DNA from: Thermodesulfovibrionales bacterium
GTDB lineage: Bacteria; Nitrospirota; Thermodesulfovibrionia; Thermodesulfovibrionales; UBA6898
Assembly: GCA_044450345.1 (NCBI GenBank)
Contig: JBIOIY010000025.1
Location: 1 to 40,107, forward strand
DNA: 40,107 nt
Direction of reading: 5' to 3'
Shown here: one piece after another, positions 1 through 8,075 of the stretch
Numbering within the stretch: position 1 is the first letter of the stretch
How the letters are laid out: the number at the start of each line of letters is the position of its first letter
Position numbers and translations under genes: made by a program
The notes under the pieces: generated by a model
Database searches by the model: none
The model's input: the letters and a program-made list of their open reading frames with translations, nothing else
What the model was told of the DNA's origin: nothing

Positions 1-251
1 TGCGGTGAGCTATTGCGCCGGACCTCTTTTTTTGTGCAGGCTACCGCCGTTTATTGCCCGCCTAACAGACTGGCGGGTAAACACCCTCTCCGCTGCTGCG
101 GCAATATGGATTGATTGAAAATCCCCTTCTCTTTTGAGACCCGCATTTTCGATAAGGCAAGCGTGAAAGAGGGAGCAACCCCCGATCCGCTGATAAATAG
201 TAATGAAAAGTGGGCCACGTTGTAAAGAAGAAACGTGAGACGTAAGACCTT

Positions 252-271
252 CCTGCCTGCCGGCAGGCAGG
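252..271. repeat. 20-bp palindrome CCTGCCTGCCGGCAGGCAGG (copy 1 of 5)
   Basis: Perfect palindrome. Near-identical copies at 1837-1857, 9526-9545, 13857-13876 and 22068-22087. Confidence 0.9.
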
Positions 272-379
272 CGTGAGAGGTAAAGAAATCAAAGACAAGA
301 AAGTGGAACTGGATTCTCTGCGAGTCGTAGATCCGTCTTTACGTTTCGAAACCTACAACATGGCAAAACATTTTAGAAT

Positions 380-668
380 CGGGGCGTCGCCCCGTGCCCC
401 AGCTACCTCTGGAACCTCCTGCGGAACTTCGATGCAAGGAATGTTTATCCTTGAAATTCGCTCGCCTGATGCTCGCTATCAATCTCTTGCCGCCCAATCA
501 AGGTAGCCCAAAGAATGGCGCCCCAACGAAAATTCTTAATGGTCTGCTCGGACGGCCTCAAGTAAGGGCGTATCGCAATACGCCCCTACATTATTACCGC
601 CGGGACTCAGACAGCCTAAAATCTTTAACCCTCAGGGCGACCACTCTCACCTAAATTTTCGAGGGGGA
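380..668 (+). repeat. Structured intergenic element (family A) copy 1
   Basis: Begins CGGGGCGTCGCCCCG and ends AATTTTCGAGGGGGA. Long blocks are near-identical to 13524-13803, 9674-9871 and the reverse complements of 1907-2023 and 9923-10117. Confidence 0.9.
562..590. repeat. GTAG-type REP-like palindrome nested in family A element
   Basis: GTAAGGGCGTATCGCAATACGCCCCTACA. Inverted near-copy at 1984-2012 (TGTAGGGGCGTATGGCGATACGCCCTTAC). Confidence 0.75.
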
Positions 669-814
669 TTCACTGAGTACGCGGGAATGACAGATTGAAG
701 AAGGATTCTCTACGAGTCGAAGACTGAACCCTCCACAAGTACGGCGGGCAAACAAGCCGGGATGACTAGACCTAATGGCAATCTGGTGTGCCCGGGAAAC
801 AGAGAAAAAAATTA

Positions 815-1705
815 TTATCCCGCGCTCTTGAGCATCTTCACTATCTGCGCAATCAGCGCATCGGCGCGGTTGGGCGGCAGAGGGCATCCGCCTGCGCCCT
901 TATGTCCGCCGCCTTCAAAGACACTGCAGATGCGGCCGCAGTTTGCCTTACTCGTCCTGTTGAATATGTTATGTCCGACACTCGCCGCAACGAATTTCTT
1001 TTGGGGCCCCCAATGAACCCTGACAGAGATATTCGTTTCAAGAAAGAGAGTATAGATAAGAAACCTGTTACCCACAGGCACCTTTTCGAGTGATCGGAAA
1101 TCCGTAATCACCACATTTCCGTCCCGCCGCGAGTTTTCCCTTAGGAGCTTCAGAAAAGCCGCGTTATTTTCCCTAAGATTTTTCACCCGCTCTTTCACCT
1201 CGGGCTGAGAGAGCACCTTCTCGGTGGTCATGGTCTTAAGCCACATGACCAGGTTGTTAAAATATGACTTGAAACCCCCGAGCCCGGACCGTGAATCCAT
1301 CGTGAATCCAAGGAGGATGATCCCCTGGGGGTCCGTGACGTCCGTTATGTTGAGCGCCGCCGAATCTAGACGGTCGGTCTCAGCGACCAGATGCTCGTAC
1401 TTTTTCAGCCTGTCCGATGCATAGAAGTCGTAAATCACCCTCGCAACACTCGGGGCTATCGCGTGTTTCCCCTTAAAACGCGCCGGAGGGCTTTCGTTGC
1501 TTAGGGTCAGCTCGTGGTGATCGAACCACATTCCGCAGGCAGGGTGATAGGGGAGGTTGACCATAATGTCATTTGAGGTGATCTCGAACCTTTTGTCGGT
1601 GACATCCTGGGGGTGTATAAGCTCGATCGAATCGATATCCTCCATGGTGGTGATAAGGACTGCGGATGTCACGCCGTCAAGGTCTCCGCGTGTTACAAGT
1701 CTCAT
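815..1705 (-). CDS. DHH/DHHA1-family phosphoesterase (exopolyphosphatase/nanoRNase-like)
   Basis: 296 aa with DLDG, FDHH and C-terminal GGGH motifs. SD-like GAAAGGAA upstream. Confidence 0.85.
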   Translation of the reverse strand: MRLVTRGDLDGVTSAVLITTMEDIDSIELIHPQDVTDKRFEITSNDIMVNLPYHPACGMWFDHHELTLSNESPPARFKGKHAIAPSVARVIYDFYASDRLKKYEHLVAETDRLDSAALNITDVTDPQGIILLGFTMDSRSGLGGFKSYFNNLVMWLKTMTTEKVLSQPEVKERVKNLRENNAAFLKLLRENSRRDGNVVITDFRSLEKVPVGNRFLIYTLFLETNISVRVHWGPQKKFVAASVGHNIFNRTSKANCGRICSVFEGGGHKGAGGCPLPPNRADALIAQIVKMLKSAG

Positions 1706-1827
1706 CTGATGTTCCTTTCAAGAGTCATGTGAAGTGAGGCATTATTTTAGCATTTGAGCAACCACAACCGAAACATCTTAAAATCGGGGCGTGGCCTACG
1801 AGCAATAATAATGACGGATTGAAGAAA

Positions 1828-1871
1828 GATTCCGGACCTGCCTACCGGACAGGCAGGCAAGTCGGAATGAC
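1828..1871 (-). repeat. GTCATTCC-type REP-like palindrome carrying the 20-bp palindrome in its loop
   Basis: GATTCCGGA[CCTGCCTACCGGACAGGCAGG]CAAGTCGGAATGAC. The same composite occurs at 9511-9554 and 13841-13885. Confidence 0.8.
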
Positions 1872-1906
1872 ATTATGCCTTTTGATCGGTATTGTGGGTT
1901 TTCTTT

Positions 1907-2023
1907 TCCCCTTCGAAAATTTAGCTTTGCGACCGAGGCCGAGGGTGAAAGATTTTAGGCTGTCTGAGTCCCGGCGTTAATAATGTAGGGGCGTATGGCG
2001 ATACGCCCTTACTGGAGGCCGTC
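1907..2023 (-). repeat. Family A element copy 2 (5'-truncated)
   Basis: The reverse complement matches the 3' half of copies 1 and 5, including GGGACTCAGACAGCCTAAAATCT. Confidence 0.85.
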
Positions 2024-2119
2024 AGCTGTTCGCTGAATGCCGACCGTTGACAGCTGATAGCTGTTTGCTGAAGGCCTTCTTCATGACTTAATCATCTTCC
2101 ATCTATTAAAATATAGTTT

Positions 2120-3991
2120 ATGATACAAGTAAGCAACCTCTCAAAGTCTTACGGCACCCAGGTCATCTTCGACGATGTCGGCTTTACGGTCAACGCCGGC
2201 GAGCGGATCGGTCTTGTCGGCAGAAACGGCCATGGAAAGACGACCCTCTTCAGGATGATCACCGGCCAGGAAAGGCCTGACTCGGGGGTCATCGGCGTCC
2301 CGAATAATTATACGATCGGTTATCTTTCCCAACACCTGAATTTTACAGAGGACTCGGTCCTGAAAGAGGGATGTCTCTGGCTGAGGCCTTCCGATGACGG
2401 AAGGGACGAATCCTATAAAGTCGAGACCATTCTGATGGGGCTCGGCTTTTCAACCGGTGATTTCTCCCGCCATCCCCTTGACCTCTCCGGGGGATACCAG
2501 GTCAGGCTCAACCTTGCGAAACTGCTTGTATCGAGGCCTGACCTGCTCCTGCTCGACGAACCGACGAACTACCTCGACATCGTCTCGATCCGCTGGCTCA
2601 CCAGGTTTCTCAGGGCCTGGAAGGGAGAGATGATACTGATCACGCACGACAGGGACTTTATGGACGGGGTGACGACCCATACCATGGGCATCCACCGCAC
2701 GAAGATACGGAAGATCGCCGGGCCCACGGAGAAGCTTTATCAGCAGATCCTCATGGAGGAGGAGGTATATGAACAGACGAGGGTCAATGAGGAAAAGAAA
2801 CGGAAGGACATCGAGCAGTTCATAAACCGCTTCAGGGCCCAGGCTACGCGGGCGCGGGCCGTCCAGTCTAAGATAAAGGCCCTCGGGAAGAAGGAGAGGC
2901 TCGACAGGATGTCCGACATAAAGGACCTCGACTTTGAATTTACCTCTGCCCCATTTACCGGGAAACATCTCATTGAAGCTGAGGACGTCTTCTTCTCATT
3001 CGACCCGGCCGGGCCCCCCCTCATAGACGGCCTGAGCCTGAAGGTCGGGAGGAGGGACCGGATCGCCGTAATCGGCCAAAATGGCAGGGGAAAGACGACG
3101 CTGCTGAATCTTCTCGCAGGTGAACTGCGGCCCCTGAAGGGCTCTGTCTCGCCTCACCCGAGGTGTATGCCGGCATATTTCGGACAGACGAACATCCAGC
3201 GGCTCGACGCTTCAAAGACGGTCGAAGCAGAGGTCCTCGATGCGCATCCTGATTATAACCGCAAGGCCGCAAGGACGATCTGCGGGACGATGATGTTCGA
3301 AGGCGACAACGCGCTCAAAAAAGTGGGGGTCCTGTCAGGAGGGGAGAAGAGCCGTGTTCTCCTCGCCAAACTTCTCGTCAGCCCGGCCAACCTTCTCCTG
3401 CTTGACGAGCCTACCAACCATCTCGATATGGAATCGATCGACTCATTACTTGAAGCGATAGACGCCTTCGAAGGCGCGGTCGTGATCGTCACCCATAGCG
3501 AGATGATCCTGCGTGCCATCGCCACCAGGCTTGTGGTCTTCGATGACGGCAGGGTGGACCTCTTCGAGGGCGGGTATCAGGACTTCCTCGACAGGCGCGG
3601 ATGGAAAGACGAGGAAGAAGAGGCCGCGGTCAAGAACGGCGGACCGGACCGAAAAGACAACTTCTTAAACAGAAAGGACCTCAGGAAAATAAAGGCGGAG
3701 TTGATCAACAGCCGTTCAAGGACGATCGGGCCTCTCCAGGCGAGGATCTCCGAAGTCGAGCAGGCGATCATGCAGCTCGAAGAGGCTGTTGAAAAAGACA
3801 CACAGGCCATCGTGGATGCCTCGGTAAAAGGGGACGGCGAATCGATCAAAAGGCTTTCTAAGGCGCTCCATGAGGCAAAGGGAGACATAGACCGCCTCTT
3901 TGACGAACTCGAAGCCCTGACGGAGGAACTGGGGTGGAAGGCCAGGGAGTTCGAAGAAAAACTTGAGGAACTGAAGGCAGAGGGCGGCTAG
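2120..3991 (+). CDS. ABC-F family ATP-binding protein (ribosome-associated)
   Basis: Two ABC domains (GRNGHGKT and GQNGRGKT, LSGG, LLLDEPTN twice), an inter-ABC linker, a C-terminal coiled coil and no TM segments. Confidence 0.93.
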   Translation: MIQVSNLSKSYGTQVIFDDVGFTVNAGERIGLVGRNGHGKTTLFRMITGQERPDSGVIGVPNNYTIGYLSQHLNFTEDSVLKEGCLWLRPSDDGRDESYKVETILMGLGFSTGDFSRHPLDLSGGYQVRLNLAKLLVSRPDLLLLDEPTNYLDIVSIRWLTRFLRAWKGEMILITHDRDFMDGVTTHTMGIHRTKIRKIAGPTEKLYQQILMEEEVYEQTRVNEEKKRKDIEQFINRFRAQATRARAVQSKIKALGKKERLDRMSDIKDLDFEFTSAPFTGKHLIEAEDVFFSFDPAGPPLIDGLSLKVGRRDRIAVIGQNGRGKTTLLNLLAGELRPLKGSVSPHPRCMPAYFGQTNIQRLDASKTVEAEVLDAHPDYNRKAARTICGTMMFEGDNALKKVGVLSGGEKSRVLLAKLLVSPANLLLLDEPTNHLDMESIDSLLEAIDAFEGAVVIVTHSEMILRAIATRLVVFDDGRVDLFEGGYQDFLDRRGWKDEEEEAAVKNGGPDRKDNFLNRKDLRKIKAELINSRSRTIGPLQARISEVEQAIMQLEEAVEKDTQAIVDASVKGDGESIKRLSKALHEAKGDIDRLFDELEALTEELGWKAREFEEKLEELKAEGG

Positions 3992-4056
3992 CCAAAACAG
4001 CCCCATACTGCTTTTCCGATGCTTTATGTGCTTTCTCCTCTGGCTGCGGAATTTTG

Positions 4057-4085
4057 TTGACATTGGTCGGGTCAGATAATAAAAT
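4057..4085 (+). promoter_or_regulatory. Putative sigma70 promoter
   Basis: TTGACA (4057-4062), 17 bp spacer, TAAAAT (4080-4085), ahead of ATG 4127. Confidence 0.65.
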
Positions 4086-4126
4086 CATACAGTTTATTTT
4101 AAGGGGCATTAGAGGGGAAAGCTGCA

Positions 4127-4867
4127 ATGAAAAAAATTATTATAGCGGATGACAATAGGACATTCCTGATGTATCTTGGGTTGCTGCTGAGGAGGTTCGA
4201 CTTCAAGGTCATGCCTGGCGAAAACGGTCTTGAGGTATTGCGTCTTTTGAAGCTCTCCAGTGCCGATCTCGTCATCCTCGATGTCCATATGAAGGTGATG
4301 GACGGTTTTACAACCCTCAGACATATCAAGGAAGACAAACAGACAGCGCACATTCCGATAATTATGGTGTCATATGATTCTCACATCGAAATGGTAGACA
4401 GGTGCAAGGAACTCGGCTGCTTCGACTACCTCACGAAGCCATTGAAGATCGACAGACTTCATGACTCGCTCCAGCGGTGTTTTTTCGCACACAAGGGCAC
4501 AAGCAGGAGATACCTCAGGGTGCCCTTCAATAATAAGGTCGTGCTCACTCATCGGGGGGCCGAATATGCGCTTTATACGGAGACCCTTTCAGAGGGCGGA
4601 ATGTACGTGATCAAAGAGGAGCCGCTGCCTGTAGGTTCCGAAGTAGTGGTGAGGTGCGACCTTGGAGAAAGGGGCGAGATCGGGGCGAAGGGGAATGTCA
4701 TTTATACGAAAGAACTCTTCGGAGATTTTTTGACACTGCCGCCGGGGATGGCGATAAAGTTTCAGGGACTTACTGAAGAAGATGCCCGCAAGATAAAGCT
4801 TTGCATAGAGGACCTTATGGCAAAGGAGGTTTTCGACAGCCGGAATAACGGCTTTTTAAAAAGGTAA
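4127..4867 (+). CDS. Response regulator receiver fused to PilZ-like domain
   Basis: REC motifs (IADD, LVILDVHM, YLTKP). C-terminal RRYLR and TLSEGG PilZ-like motifs. Confidence 0.85.
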   Translation: MKKIIIADDNRTFLMYLGLLLRRFDFKVMPGENGLEVLRLLKLSSADLVILDVHMKVMDGFTTLRHIKEDKQTAHIPIIMVSYDSHIEMVDRCKELGCFDYLTKPLKIDRLHDSLQRCFFAHKGTSRRYLRVPFNNKVVLTHRGAEYALYTETLSEGGMYVIKEEPLPVGSEVVVRCDLGERGEIGAKGNVIYTKELFGDFLTLPPGMAIKFQGLTEEDARKIKLCIEDLMAKEVFDSRNNGFLKR

Positions 4868-4896
4868 AAAGATAGGGTATTACCACTGCGGACATG

Positions 4897-5178
4897 TCAC
4901 GTAAAGAACTGCACTCCCGCCTTGTAGATCGTCGGGTTGCACTGTCTCACCCACCTGACCTCCGCCCTTTGGTAGGGAACGGGAAGGGCGCTTTTGAATA
5001 GTATCTCTTCTCCTTCTGCAAGGGGTTTAAAAGTATATATGCAGAGACCGCCGTCGCAGATGTTTGAACTTATTGCGATCAGAGTTCCGTTTTTCGGATG
5101 AGAGGGCACTGTTATCTCCAGGGTTTCCTTATAGGGACTTCGCTGGTGTCTTCTCTGTGTCATTACGTCGGATATCAT
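4897..5178 (-). CDS. Stand-alone PilZ-domain protein
   Basis: RRHQR and NICDGG motifs and a VRWV...AGVQF ending. Start moved to ATG 5178, which follows GAAGGGGG. Confidence 0.75.
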   Translation of the reverse strand: MISDVMTQRRHQRSPYKETLEITVPSHPKNGTLIAISSNICDGGLCIYTFKPLAEGEEILFKSALPVPYQRAEVRWVRQCNPTIYKAGVQFFT

Positions 5179-5275
5179 TCGGCCCCCTTCAAACAATATA
5201 TGCCAAACGAGAATCAATGTCAATGGCAAATATCCGTGTTAGGGAAGGTGAAGTGTGAAACCCACGACTGAAGGA

Positions 5276-6832
5276 TTACGGAGTCGGCGCTGTCATAAGC
5301 CAGCCGGCAGACGGCAGGAAAAATGGCGCATGGTTTGAGGTAAAAAACGGCGGATCTTTCTTAATTATGGACGCCACTGCCGTCTGTCTTTTGAATTCGT
5401 CCTCAAGAAATTTTCTTACCGACCTGCGGTCCCAGTCTGCCGGGTGCGAAAAGTCCGTGTAGAGTGAAAGGTCTCCTTCGTAAAAACTACTACGTCTGAA
5501 GTCCCCGGAGGCAGCGGTGCTCAGCGGCATATTGAATATCGCGAGGTTCAGGAAACTTATCTCTCCCCTATGTTTTACGACGAAATCGAGTGTTTTTCCG
5601 GCCCCGGCCTCAGTCTCTTCCGGGGTGCCGAAGAGGAGATAGATGTATGTGCCGATGCCCGCTTTCTTCAGCGTCTTAAGCGCGGAGGATGCTGTTTCAA
5701 GATCGATCCCCTTCTGCATCCTGTCGAGCACGTCCTGGTCCCCGGACTCCAGTCCGAGCTTCAGCATGACGCAGCCGGAACGCCTCAGGGACATGCAGAA
5801 ATCGATGTCGGTGAGGCCCCGGTTGATGCGGGCAAAGCCGTACCACGGCGCCCCTGGCGGGTCTTCCTGAAATGACTTCATGAGAGAAGTGCTCACCGCG
5901 TTGTCGAGCAGGTGGACCAGGACAGGCCGTGTTTCTCCCACAAGTTTGTCCAGATCGGAGATCACCGTGTCTGCAGGCAAGGCCCTGTAGGGATTGTCTT
6001 CGGCATTTTCAGGGCAGAAGGAGCATTTCTTCCAGTAGCACCCGCTCGATGCGCTGTAAGGGAGGATGAAACCAGGCGCGATATACTCATGAGTGCGAAA
6101 AGGCGTATAGTCAGGCGTGATATGCAGTTCTTCCTTAACCTGCGCCCCAAGTAATGAAAGGAGCCTGTATTCTCCGGGGCCTGCCACGAGGTGGTCGATG
6201 AGACCGCGGAACGGGTCCTTCCACGAAGGCCCCTGCATCCATGAGGTTACAAGCCCGCCTCCGATAATGATGACGGCGTCCGGCAGTATGCGCTTTACGT
6301 GTCCGATCATCGAAAAGGCGGTCAGGGCCTGGCTGAGATAATTCAGAGAAAACCCGACTACCGACGGCTGAGACTCTTCGAAGAGCCCTGAGAGTCGGTC
6401 CCTGAAATAGGGGAAAAAGGGGTTTTCCTCAGGATGCTCTGCGGCATAGATGAGGTCGGCGCTTCTCACAGGCGAAAGCCCTGTCTGCTGAAAATCCGCA
6501 AGCCCGGCCCTTGCGCCGTTTGCTCCGGAAGAGAATTCGAGGGCGCGGTTAAGGTCTTTGACCGCCCTTTTATACCTGTCAAATGAGCGATAGGTCTGAG
6601 GGTCCCTTAGTGACGAAAGATTACGGGGGAGATGTCGAATTGACCGTCTGGTCCATGTGTCGAGTCTCTCGTAAGGGCGCGAAAAAACAGACCCCGACAG
6701 GTACATGAGACCTTCAATATTCGCGTCGACCGCCCTGTGCCGTATACCATGGGTCTTCAGCGCCCCTGAGAGTTTTGCCGGTCCCGCAGGAGGCTCGGAG
6801 GGTTTTGCAACGGGAGGATAGATGAGAAGCAT
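5276..6832 (-). CDS. Radical SAM enzyme with N-terminal cobalamin-binding-like domain
   Basis: CYWKKCSFC (CxxxCxxC), GLESG and FGTPEET. N-terminal LLIYPP...PP and VGFS...IIIGGG are typical of B12-binding radical SAM proteins. Confidence 0.85.
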   Translation of the reverse strand: MLLIYPPVAKPSEPPAGPAKLSGALKTHGIRHRAVDANIEGLMYLSGSVFSRPYERLDTWTRRSIRHLPRNLSSLRDPQTYRSFDRYKRAVKDLNRALEFSSGANGARAGLADFQQTGLSPVRSADLIYAAEHPEENPFFPYFRDRLSGLFEESQPSVVGFSLNYLSQALTAFSMIGHVKRILPDAVIIIGGGLVTSWMQGPSWKDPFRGLIDHLVAGPGEYRLLSLLGAQVKEELHITPDYTPFRTHEYIAPGFILPYSASSGCYWKKCSFCPENAEDNPYRALPADTVISDLDKLVGETRPVLVHLLDNAVSTSLMKSFQEDPPGAPWYGFARINRGLTDIDFCMSLRRSGCVMLKLGLESGDQDVLDRMQKGIDLETASSALKTLKKAGIGTYIYLLFGTPEETEAGAGKTLDFVVKHRGEISFLNLAIFNMPLSTAASGDFRRSSFYEGDLSLYTDFSHPADWDRRSVRKFLEDEFKRQTAVASIIKKDPPFFTSNHAPFFLPSAGWLMTAPTP

Positions 6833-6834
6833 GA

Positions 6835-8049
6835 TTAAGAGATGACCCTGTAGACCTTGTCTGTCTCTTTTAAGCCTGCAATGATGCCCGACGCCTCTTT
6901 CGGCTCCAGGCGGTCGGTATCCGTGCAGGACAGAAGATCGCGGAGTCCGTCGAAGGCCGCCTTTGTGTTGAGGTCATCGTCCATTTCCCTTATGAAAATC
7001 TCTTTTACCTTGTCCGCCATCGTCTTATCCGGCGGTGAAGTCCCGGCCCTTCTCCTGATTGCCCTGATCTTGTTTTTGAAATCCCGGAGGACGGAAACAG
7101 CCGAATTCATACTTTTTCCGGAGTAATCGAGGTCTTTGCGATAATGGCCGTAGACGAGGAAGAACCTGATCTCTTCGGGACTATACCCCTCTTTCAGGAG
7201 GGTCTCGGCGTATACGATGTTCCCTATGCTCTTCGACATCTTACGGCCGTCTACATGAAGGTGGTAACAGTGGAGCCAGAACCTCGCCATCGGATAGGGC
7301 CGCACCGATTCGAGGATCGCCCGCGAATAGTCATGGTGCCTGACAAGATTGTCGATGCCCCCGCAGTATGCCGAGAGTGTCTCGTTGAAGAAACGCGCCA
7401 CCATGCTCGGGTCCTGTACGTTCCACGAAGGCCTTCCCATCCCGATTTCCGTTTCCAGACAGTCGGCATCGCCATGCCCGCCTCCATGCCAGAGGATGAA
7501 GTCGCCGCGGTTCCATCTCATGCCCGGATACGTGTCCTTGTGGAACCTTTTCTTCCTGGAAGGCCATTGAGCCATATCAAGGCCGTAAAGCCTTCCGAAA
7601 CCCGGAAACTTCTTAGGGTCGAAATAGATGTTCCCTCTATACCGGTAGGCGACGCCCCGCACAAGAAGTTGTTTGATTATGTCTGCGGCCTGTCCTACAT
7701 TATCCGAGGCCCTCGGCAGGAAATCAGGTATCTTCATCTTCAGGAGTTTCATCTCCCTTATGAATACCCTTATGTTTTTATCGGCAAGACGTTTGACGGT
7801 GGTCTTTCTCTTTGCCGCCTCTTCTATGGCCTTGTCCTCGATGTCCGTGACGGTCATCCCTCTTTTTACCGTATGCCCTGAAAATTCGAGGTACCGCACA
7901 AGCACGTCTTCAAATAAAAAAGTCCTGAAGTTGCCGATGTGGGACCTCTGGTAGACGGATGGCCCGCACGTGAATATGGTGATGACCTTCTTGTTTACCG
8001 GCCTGAAGGTCTCGATCGTTTTTCCGTATGTATTGAAAAGTCTCAGCAT
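6835..8049 (-). CDS. Cysteinyl-tRNA-synthetase-like class I ligase (atypical, C-terminally truncated)
   Basis: TCGPSVY, HIGN, DFILW, GRPSW, KMSKS and MDDDLNT motifs. 404 aa, with no terminal anticodon domain and altered Zn ligands. Confidence 0.85.
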   Translation of the reverse strand: MLRLFNTYGKTIETFRPVNKKVITIFTCGPSVYQRSHIGNFRTFLFEDVLVRYLEFSGHTVKRGMTVTDIEDKAIEEAAKRKTTVKRLADKNIRVFIREMKLLKMKIPDFLPRASDNVGQAADIIKQLLVRGVAYRYRGNIYFDPKKFPGFGRLYGLDMAQWPSRKKRFHKDTYPGMRWNRGDFILWHGGGHGDADCLETEIGMGRPSWNVQDPSMVARFFNETLSAYCGGIDNLVRHHDYSRAILESVRPYPMARFWLHCYHLHVDGRKMSKSIGNIVYAETLLKEGYSPEEIRFFLVYGHYRKDLDYSGKSMNSAVSVLRDFKNKIRAIRRRAGTSPPDKTMADKVKEIFIREMDDDLNTKAAFDGLRDLLSCTDTDRLEPKEASGIIAGLKETDKVYRVIS

Positions 8050-8075
8050 GTCACACTATAGTAACAGTCTCATAA

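Noticed and set aside
1..200. Hairpins (GCGGTGAGC/GCTACCGC; GTTTA..CCCGCC/GGCGGGTAAAC) as a possible riboswitch
   Set aside because: No match on either strand to glycine, SAM, cobalamin or c-di-AMP consensus motifs I can recognise, and the context is truncated.
62..887. Short ORFs at 62-298, 273-506, 394-654 and 651-887
   Set aside because: They are mostly translations of palindromic repeat or intergenic DNA, with no protein motifs.
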